From Bacteroidales bacterium (GTDB lineage: Bacteria; Bacteroidota; Bacteroidia; Bacteroidales; UBA4181), in the NCBI GenBank assembly GCA_031549585.1, contig JAVBPN010000223.1, forward strand, positions 1 to 50,705: a stretch of 50,705 bases of DNA. Direction: 5' to 3'. Shown here piece after piece: positions 39,405-46,615 of the stretch. Numbering within the stretch: position 1 is the first letter of the stretch; the number at the start of each line of letters is the position of its first letter. Under the pieces are notes generated by a model, which saw only the letters and a list, made by a program, of their open reading frames with translations, was not told the DNA's origin and ran no database searches. The translations under genes and the position numbers were made by a program.

Positions 39405-39637
39405 GATTGAAATATTTCAGGTTTAAAATTTAAAGTTTCTGGTTGTTTTATACGTTCTTTTTAAACTTATTTCGTTTTAGTGGTATCAATGCTTTATTTT
39501 TTTACAATTTACACTACACAATGACAAACAATCAACGTGCCGTAATGCTAACATGCTATATTTATGCGCAATACAAAATAATTTATCTTGAAAAAATGTT
39601 CGGATATAGTACATAAGTGTCCGTTTTCGAACAGTGG

Positions 39638-39717
39638 GAAGATCGTAAGACCATAAGACACGTAAGACCGTAAGATGCTGTCGTTTCCTTACGATCTTAC
39701 CATTTACACGTCTCGAC
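39638..39717. repeat. Degenerate core-less hairpin, copy E, with arm centres in the opposite arrangement to copy C
   Basis: Sequence: GAAGATCGTAAGA-CCATAAGACACG-TAAGACCGTAAGA / tgctgtcgtttc / CTTACGATCTTAC-CATTTACACGTCTCGAC. The first arm matches the reverse complement of the R arm (34/38 by hand). The second arm matches the reverse complement of the L arm. Confidence 0.75.
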
Positions 39718-40095
39718 TTTTGAGATAGCCTCTTTTTAAAACAATTTTTTGATACTATTATGAAAAATAAAATATACTTTGTTTATAAACTACTGCAGTT
39801 TGTAAACTCAATAGTTTATCCAGAATTCATATTATTAATAAATAATGTAAATCAAAAGGCGAACTTATTGTTACATACTCTATAATTCCGAAAATTCATA
39901 CAACCGGCATATAACTCCTATGATTCATACCTAATTAATCGTCCTTATATCTATAAACATGTGAATTCTTCGGATTCTTATCCTAAGCTTACGTCAAGTG
40001 ATAAATTTTATATACTCATCACTCATCGTTTATAACTCATCACTATTTATTTGCTTTTTTGTTGATGATTATTAAAAAAAATCAGAATTTTATTT

Positions 40096-40103
40096 TATTT
40101 TTG
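40096..40103 (+). promoter_or_regulatory. Possible Bacteroidetes -7 box upstream of 40157..40633
   Basis: TATTTTTG matches TAnnTTTG, 54 nt upstream of the ATG. No well-spaced -33 TTTG was found. Confidence 0.3.
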
Positions 40104-40156
40104 CTTCGCCTGTTGCATACAGGATAACATTATTATTCATTTAAAAAATTAACATT

Positions 40157-40633
40157 ATGGAAAACAGACATTCTCAGGCTGTCCCCGAAGACATCATCAA
40201 CCAGGTGAAAAGCCGCCTGTCGGAAGCAAAAAAACTTCTTGAACCTTATTGCCCGACGCTTACCGTAGAGCAGCGCAAGTCACTTCCCAAAATGAGCGAC
40301 GGAACCCTTGCATTCGGCGAAAAATCGCTAGAACATGCCATCAACCATCCCGAATTCCTGCCTTCGCACATCAGCTTGGATGATTGGAAGATCGACATGG
40401 CCGATGTGAATAACCTCAAGCAGGTGATGGTACTGGTTGGCGATATCAACCAAATGGTGGACGATACCCGCATGACAGCCGGTAATGAAGCCTATTTTGC
40501 TGGTCGCGGCTATTATCACAATGTGCAACGAGCATCTGGCGACGGCGTTCAGGGTGCCTTACCTATTCAAAAAGACCTGGCTACCCAGTTTGCAAACCGC
40601 AGGCCTTTGTCGGCCAACAAAAAAGCGGAGTAA
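40157..40633 (+). CDS. Conserved hypothetical protein (no domain I can name)
   Basis: 158 aa with an ATG start. It is the only plus-strand gene in the right 35 kb. It has non-repetitive, coding-like composition and is followed by a good intrinsic-terminator hairpin. The sequence resembles a helical Bacteroidetes hypothetical family (…LTVEQRKSLPKMSDGTLAF…DDTRMTAGNEAYF…), recalled from memory only. Confidence 0.55.
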   Translation: MENRHSQAVPEDIINQVKSRLSEAKKLLEPYCPTLTVEQRKSLPKMSDGTLAFGEKSLEHAINHPEFLPSHISLDDWKIDMADVNNLKQVMVLVGDINQMVDDTRMTAGNEAYFAGRGYYHNVQRASGDGVQGALPIQKDLATQFANRRPLSANKKAE

Positions 40634-40657
40634 GTCCGGAATTTGACCAACAAGTAC

Positions 40658-40692
40658 AAGCGGGGAACTATGTTTTCCGCTTTTGCTTTTTT
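40658..40692 (+). terminator. Intrinsic terminator candidate for 40157..40633
   Basis: AAGCGGGGAA-ctatg-TTTTCCGCTT gives a 10-bp stem including two G-U pairs. It is followed by TTGCTTTTTT and begins 25 nt after the stop codon. Confidence 0.6.
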
Positions 40693-40942
40693 CCGGGAAG
40701 ACATACCCCGGAGGTGGGCTGTCAAAAATTCATATATTGATAAAAATACGTTCGTCCCATTTTTCATATCCATCGGTGGTGAGTATGTTCGGCGGCATTT
40801 GTAATGCCGTCGCTCAACATTGTCGAACCTTTAGCTCGCCGCAGGCAATTTAAAATTCGACGAAGATAAAAAGCGGCAATACAACTTAGCAAAGCGATCT
40901 CACCGTAAGGTAATTGCCGCTTAGCGAAGTGCGGTACAGAGA

Positions 40943-41189
40943 GACATACCCCGGAGGTATGTTGACATACCTTTTTGTTATGTAGACATCCCACCATAGC
41001 ATGTCTACATGACTCCAAACTATGTTGACATACCTTTTTTGCTACATCGACATCATACCATACCATCTCGACATGGCTCCGAACTATGTTGACATACCTT
41101 TTTGCTATGTCGACATCATATCATACCATCTTGACATAGCTCTGAACCATGTTGACATACCTTTTTGCCGTGTCGAGATACCTTATTGG
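40943..41189. repeat. Phased 21-bp direct-repeat array (12 GACAT-type cores), also readable as ~3.6 units of 63-64 bp from 40959
   Basis: GACAT cores start at 40943, 40964, 40985, 41006 (TACAT), 41027, 41049, 41070, 41091, 41112, 41133, 41154 and 41175 (GAGAT). Spacing is 21 bp, with one 22-bp step. The motif context is ATGT(T/C)GACAT. The 63-64-bp units start at 40959, 41022, 41086 and 41149. Confidence 0.9.
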
Positions 41190-41202
41190 ATATTATTCAA
41201 TA

Positions 41203-41415
41203 GACCGTAAGACATGTAAGATGGTAAGATCGTAAGAGGTTGTGATACTTACATGTATTGATGATATATTTTGTTTATTCAATATATAATCTATAATTGT
41301 ATTTGTTTGGTAAAATCAAACTTCTTCTTTTTCTTACGGTCTTACGTGTCTTACGGTCTTACGGTCTTCTTTCATTTTCTTACGGTCTTACGTGTCTTGC
41401 GATCTTACGGTCTTC
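41203..41415. repeat. Cassette copy F with an extra variant R arm (L 41203-41239; R' 41333-41369; R 41379-41415)
   Basis: The L arm has 1 mismatch. R' is CTTACGGTCTTACGTGTCTTACGGTCTTACGGTCTTC, in which the CTTGCGAT unit is replaced by CTTACGGT. R is canonical and abuts the stop of 41416..43782. Confidence 0.9.
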
Positions 41416-43782
41416 TCATTCCGTTTTGATACTATTCACCGGGTTGCTACTTGCCACGCGCCAATTCTGGAACGTCACCGTACCGGCCGTAATTGCGGCT
41501 ATAACGACAAAAGCCAATAAATAAACCCACCAGTATACCGGTGTTTTGTATGCGAAATTCTCCAACCAGCGATTAACGGCATACCATGCAAGCGGGACTG
41601 CCACAACAAAGCAGATTACCAATATCTTAAAATACGCCTTGTTGAACATGACGATGATGCCAATGACAGATGCCCCCAGCACTTTGCGGATGCCGATTTC
41701 TTTCCGGCGGCATTCGCTGTCGAACACCACTAATCCGAATACACCGACAACGGCTATGAAGATGGCAATGAGGCTAAACAATGAAATCAATGAACTCAGC
41801 GAAGATTCCTTTTCATACAACCGTTGCAATACTTCATCAAAAAAACGGACTTCAAACGGGTAATTCGCATCAAACCAGGCAAGTGTTGAGCGAATATGCG
41901 ACATCCCCGCATGCAGATTAGTTCCTGCCTTTAGTTTAATATAAGCAAAATTAGGTTGTCGTCCCCAGTTCTCGGTTCCAAATACATAAAATGCCATCGG
42001 TTCAACCGCCATGCGGAAAGAGGCAAATTTAATATCGGGCATAAATCCGATAATTTCACCGTCATTACCACCGCCACCTCCTATTGATGTGTTCAGCTCC
42101 AGGCCGAATTGCTCCCGTGCAGCTTCATTAAATATGTACGCGCCATGTTGCGTATGGGTATCTTCTTGCCTGAAATCGCGGCCCTCAGTAATCTTGATGT
42201 CCATCACTTTCAGAAACGAGTAATGCACGGGAAAGACCTGGTACATAATATCATCACCTTTATATTCCTTCCCCCAACTCATATACGCGTCGGAACTCGA
42301 CAACAGGAATTGTCCGTAAGTAACATCCTCAACCCCCGAATACGATTTCAATTGATCGGTAAATGCTTCGCGACTTTTTTGTATCTGACCGATATCGGCA
42401 GTAATTAAAGCGGCTTTGTCGTAACCCAAAGACGAATTTTGCATGAACCGGTTTTGCAGGTACATGAAGGATGCACCGATAATCAGCGCAAAAGAAGCGA
42501 TAAACTGGATGCCGATCAATGTATTGCGCAAACTTTTCCCTTTGGGCGACAGCCCGAAGTTTCCCTTCAATACCAACGCCGGGGCAAATGAAGTGATGTA
42601 ACGCGCCGGATATAAGCCCGCAAACAAACCGGTGAGCAATGCCACCAAAGCCGTTCCACCGGCAATCAACAGATGAGCCGCAAGCGACAAATCGGCGTCT
42701 GTCAACTTTGCCAACGGACTGCTATTGAACAACAAAACGAACAAAATAGCGACAAGATATGACAGTAGGCTGATGGCAACCGCTTCGAAAACAAGCGCAA
42801 AACGCAAGATGCTTTGCCTTGCTCCCAATACGCGTTGCGTGTTGATATTTTTGATACGCATGGGCGTCAACGCCGTGCTGAAATTGGTAAAATTGATAGC
42901 CGCTATGGCGATTAGCACAATGGCAATGGCAAACAAAATCATCAATGTCTGCCGGCTTGCTTTGGGTACGAAATCAAATTGTACATCCGTTACGAAATGA
43001 AGTTCCGGAAGAGCTGTAAGCCGCAAGCTGACACCCGATTCCTCCCAATTGAAATTTTTACCAAAAGATGATTCAGGGAGATTGAAATTCCGCTTGAAGT
43101 TATCGAATAACAAAGGCGCCTGAGATGCGTCGTTGACCCGGATATAGGTAAGGTAATTAAAATTCCCCCAGTTATCCTTATTTTCCTTTTCAGGGATAGG
43201 AGCATATATGCTATTATTGACGATGGTATTTGCAGGAAAATCGCGATATACCGCTCCTACCGTTTGGCTTCCCCGGTCGCTGACAAGCTGTTTGCCCACA
43301 GCCGACTCTTTTCCGAATATTTTGTGCGCCAGACTCAGCGGGAGAATTACCTTTTCGGGCGTTGTAAGGGCATCCTCCGTTCCTTCCACAAAATCAAATG
43401 TAAACACATCGGCAAATCCGGGTGATACCGACATTCCTTTTTCCTTGTAGAAATTCCGCACACCATCCTTCTCCACATGGAAAAAAACATCTTCATTCGC
43501 GGGGTTGCTGAACGCACCACTGACAATATAAGGCGACGATTCAAAGAAACGCTCGGCAATGGGACGGCTAAGAACTGCCCATATATTATCTTTTTGAATT
43601 AATTCCACACGAAAAATCTGATCGTGGCCTTGATGGAATTTGTCAAAACCGTTATCATAATCCAGTTGGATCATGATGACCATAAATGCTGCAAAAGCAA
43701 CCGAAAGGCCTAATATATTCAGGATTGTCGCCATCTTAAAACGGCGGATGACACTTAAAAGGTTACGCAAAACAGGTTTCAT
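41416..43782 (-). CDS. ABC-transporter permease, double FtsX / MacB-like (subfamily IV, most divergent)
   Basis: 788 aa with an ATG start (MKPVLRNLLSVIRRFKMATILNILGLSVAF). FtsX-type loops: TQRVLGARQ and ECRRKEIGIRKVLGAS. The C-terminus is NPVNSIKTE. It appears GC-richer than its neighbours by eye. Confidence 0.88.
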   Translation of the reverse strand: MKPVLRNLLSVIRRFKMATILNILGLSVAFAAFMVIMIQLDYDNGFDKFHQGHDQIFRVELIQKDNIWAVLSRPIAERFFESSPYIVSGAFSNPANEDVFFHVEKDGVRNFYKEKGMSVSPGFADVFTFDFVEGTEDALTTPEKVILPLSLAHKIFGKESAVGKQLVSDRGSQTVGAVYRDFPANTIVNNSIYAPIPEKENKDNWGNFNYLTYIRVNDASQAPLLFDNFKRNFNLPESSFGKNFNWEESGVSLRLTALPELHFVTDVQFDFVPKASRQTLMILFAIAIVLIAIAAINFTNFSTALTPMRIKNINTQRVLGARQSILRFALVFEAVAISLLSYLVAILFVLLFNSSPLAKLTDADLSLAAHLLIAGGTALVALLTGLFAGLYPARYITSFAPALVLKGNFGLSPKGKSLRNTLIGIQFIASFALIIGASFMYLQNRFMQNSSLGYDKAALITADIGQIQKSREAFTDQLKSYSGVEDVTYGQFLLSSSDAYMSWGKEYKGDDIMYQVFPVHYSFLKVMDIKITEGRDFRQEDTHTQHGAYIFNEAAREQFGLELNTSIGGGGGNDGEIIGFMPDIKFASFRMAVEPMAFYVFGTENWGRQPNFAYIKLKAGTNLHAGMSHIRSTLAWFDANYPFEVRFFDEVLQRLYEKESSLSSLISLFSLIAIFIAVVGVFGLVVFDSECRRKEIGIRKVLGASVIGIIVMFNKAYFKILVICFVVAVPLAWYAVNRWLENFAYKTPVYWWVYLLAFVVIAAITAGTVTFQNWRVASSNPVNSIKTE

Positions 43783-43861
43783 GACATTATTTTATTTACT
43801 TGACTTTTGAATAACAGATGATGTAACAAAGAGCGATGAATTATGAGTGATCTTTTAGATA

Positions 43862-44033
43862 GACCGTAAGACATGTAAGATGGTAAGACCGTAAGAGGTT
43901 GCGACACTTACATGTATTGGCGCTATATTTTGTTTATTCGACGCCATATCTAGTCTATGGTTACATCTATTTGACAAAAATTAAATTTTATCATTTTCTT
44001 ACGGTCTTACGTGTCTTGCGATCTTACGGTCTT
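43862..44033. repeat. Inverted-repeat intergenic cassette, copy G (L 43862-43898; R 43998-44033)
   Basis: Arms are identical to copy A and the core is homologous. It lies between subfamily IV and subfamily III genes. Confidence 0.95.
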
Positions 44034-44035
44034 TC

Positions 44036-46408
44036 TTATTCCGTTTTAATCGCCTTTACCGGATTAGACGTGGCTACTTTGACTGTTTGAAAACCAACCG
44101 TAAGTATGGCGATGAGCAGAATAAGCACACCGACCGCCATAATCAGCCATACGGTTATGTTCGTACGATAGGGAAATATCATCAACAATTGATTCATCAT
44201 GAACCAGGCCAAAGGTGCGGCAATAACAAAAGCAATGCCCGTCAGCACCAAATATTCCCTGGAAATCAGCAATGAGATGTTGGCTATCGAAGCGCCTAAT
44301 ACTTTACGGATGCCAACTTCTTTTTTACGCCGTTCGGCTGTAAGGGCGGCCAATGCAAACATACCCATGCATGAGATCAGGATAGTAATGATGGTAAAGA
44401 AATCTGCCAGCGATTTGATTGGTTTTACCATAGCGAAATGCGTAGCAACGTATTCTTCGTCTATAAACCTGTAATCGAACGGATGGGCGGGGTTGTATTT
44501 TCTATAAATACTTTCTACTGAAGATAGTTTGTCGGCCGTTTTGCCGGGGCTTAACCGGATATGCACCGTGGTGCGCTCAACCACTTTTTCGTTGCAACCG
44601 ACAACCAAAGGATGGATATTTTCGAACGGATGAAGTACTAAATCCTTGATTACTCCCGCCACCTGGCCCTCTTGGCCCCAAAAAGAAATCGTCTCTCCGA
44701 TGGGATTTTCGAATCCGATGATTTTCACAGCCGTTTCGTTGAGCAAGAAGGCCGTGGAGTCTGCAGGCCGGGTTGCCGGGTCGGGATAACGCCCCGCAAC
44801 GAGTTCTACACCCATCATTTCCGCCCAATTACCATCCGCAAAATAATAATCGAAGAATTGTTGGGCATCGGGATCTTTACCTTGCCATTTTATGCCATCA
44901 GTTAGTGACCCAAACGTCGACATGGGCGCATTTGTTTTTGTTACATCCGTTACCGCGCCCGATGCCATCAAATCGTTCCGGAAAGCCGGATAATGTTTCC
45001 TGATTTCATCCGTAAGCGAAATACGGATTAAATTTTCGTTATCCCATCCCATCTGGCGGTCTTGCGCATAAACGATTTGTTTGCGCAGTGTCAAGGCGCC
45101 AATAATTAAAATCACAGTAACGAAGAATTGAAATACCACCAATGTTTTGCGTAGCGTAATGCGGCCACCGAAGTGAACATCGCCTTTTAATACCTTGACA
45201 GGACGAAATCCTGACAGATAGAAGGCCGGATAGCAACCGGCCAATAGCCCTGTGAAAAGAATGAACCCCACAGCAAATACCCAAAAATGCCTGTCGAAAA
45301 TATCCAAAGACAATACTTTTCCGCTAAATCCGCTCAACCATTCCGAAAAATAGGGCAACGCCATATAAATCAAAAGAAATGCAATAACGCCCGAAACAGA
45401 AGCCAACACAATCGATTCCCTTAGAAAATGCCCGATAAGCCCAATACGCCTGCCGCCCATCACTTTACGCACTCCCACTTCCTTAGCCCGCAACGTTGCC
45501 CTGGCCGTGCTGAGGTTCACAAAATTAATGCAGGCAATAAGCAGAATAACACTTGCCAGAATGGTAAATATGCGCAGGAAAGTGATCAGCCCCCTCGAGG
45601 GAACACCGTTTTCAAAATCCCTATACAGATGTGATTTGTACGACGGAAACAGAAATGTTTCCCTTTGCGCCCGCTGCTCGGTATGATTTTTAATGATGTC
45701 ACAGATAGAAGCATTCAACCGGGCTAATGGTACATGAGGGGCTACTTCCACATATGTCTCAACCATATTGACCCACCACGACGTTGTATTCCAGTTATGC
45801 ACTTTTTCTACGAATTGAATCGAGCCGACTATTTCGAAGTCAAAACGGGTGTTGTTGGGCAAGTCTTTCATGATTCCCATCACTGTCACCGGATATTTTG
45901 CATCGCACATGATGGTTTTCCCCATCGGATCTTCATCACCGAAAATTCGCCGGGCAGCCTTTTCGGTCAGGATAATGGAATACGGGTCGTTGAGCGCCGT
46001 ACGTATATCTCCCTGCAACAACGGAAAATCAAACATGGTGAGAAAGGAAGGATCGGTATGCAGGGTACGCATACTTATATGCCTTTCGCCTTCACCGAAA
46101 TAATAAATGCCACCCCTCGAGACACGTGCCGATTCGACAATTTCCGGATATTCGTCTTCCAGGGCGGGGCCGATCACTAATGAAGTGTAGTTGGTATATG
46201 AATCCTGTCCGTTATATGTCGCCTTATTCCACACCATGTATATTTGTTCGGCTTTGGTATGGAAACGATCGGACGACCATTGATTATACACCCATATCAG
46301 CAAAAGTGCGGAAGCAGCCATGCCGATGGCCAATCCGCCGATGTTGATGATAGAATAGAACTTGTCGCGGCGCAGATTGCGCAAAAAGATTTTAAGATGA
46401 TAGAACAT
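44036..46408 (-). CDS. ABC-transporter permease, double FtsX / MacB-like (subfamily III-like)
   Basis: The listed ORF (to 46492) reads through the repeat arm. ATG at 46408 gives MFYHLKIFLRNLRRDKFYSIINIGGLAIGMAASALL. FtsX loops: NLSTARATLRAKEVGVRKVMGGRR and ERRKKEVGIRKVLGAS. Confidence 0.88.
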   Translation of the reverse strand: MFYHLKIFLRNLRRDKFYSIINIGGLAIGMAASALLLIWVYNQWSSDRFHTKAEQIYMVWNKATYNGQDSYTNYTSLVIGPALEDEYPEIVESARVSRGGIYYFGEGERHISMRTLHTDPSFLTMFDFPLLQGDIRTALNDPYSIILTEKAARRIFGDEDPMGKTIMCDAKYPVTVMGIMKDLPNNTRFDFEIVGSIQFVEKVHNWNTTSWWVNMVETYVEVAPHVPLARLNASICDIIKNHTEQRAQRETFLFPSYKSHLYRDFENGVPSRGLITFLRIFTILASVILLIACINFVNLSTARATLRAKEVGVRKVMGGRRIGLIGHFLRESIVLASVSGVIAFLLIYMALPYFSEWLSGFSGKVLSLDIFDRHFWVFAVGFILFTGLLAGCYPAFYLSGFRPVKVLKGDVHFGGRITLRKTLVVFQFFVTVILIIGALTLRKQIVYAQDRQMGWDNENLIRISLTDEIRKHYPAFRNDLMASGAVTDVTKTNAPMSTFGSLTDGIKWQGKDPDAQQFFDYYFADGNWAEMMGVELVAGRYPDPATRPADSTAFLLNETAVKIIGFENPIGETISFWGQEGQVAGVIKDLVLHPFENIHPLVVGCNEKVVERTTVHIRLSPGKTADKLSSVESIYRKYNPAHPFDYRFIDEEYVATHFAMVKPIKSLADFFTIITILISCMGMFALAALTAERRKKEVGIRKVLGASIANISLLISREYLVLTGIAFVIAAPLAWFMMNQLLMIFPYRTNITVWLIMAVGVLILLIAILTVGFQTVKVATSNPVKAIKTE

Positions 46409-46447
46409 AGGGCAATGTGTGTTAAGTGATGAGTAATCTTTTAGATA

Positions 46448-46613
46448 GACCGTAAGACATGTAAGATGGTAAGACCGTAAGAGGTCGCGCACTTACATGT
46501 ATTGATGCTATATTTGGTTTATTCGACATTTAATCTATGATTGTACTTATTTGGTAAAATCGAACTCTTTCATTTTTCTTACGGTCTTACGTGTCTTGCG
46601 ATTTTACGGTCTT
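46448..46613. repeat. Inverted-repeat intergenic cassette, copy H (L 46448-46484; R 46578-46613)
   Basis: The L arm is identical to copy A. The R arm has one mismatch (GATTTTACGG). The core contains an exact TATATTTG at 46509-46516 on the plus strand. Confidence 0.95.
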
Positions 46614-46615
46614 TT

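Noticed and set aside
39718-39731. The string CTTTTGAGATAG immediately right of hairpin E, which resembles the CTTTTAGATAG that precedes normal L arms.
   Set aside because: It is only ~11 nt with an indel in AT-rich sequence, which is too weak to support a specific rearrangement model.
40764-41210. ORFs 40764..41066 (-) and 41022..41210 (+), which overlap the 21-bp repeat array.
   Set aside because: Their open frames arise because the repeat period is a multiple of 3. The peptides are just repeat translations (YVDIPFC / KKVCQH). There is no plausible start context. The possibility is kept only as the refutation test for the repeat finding.
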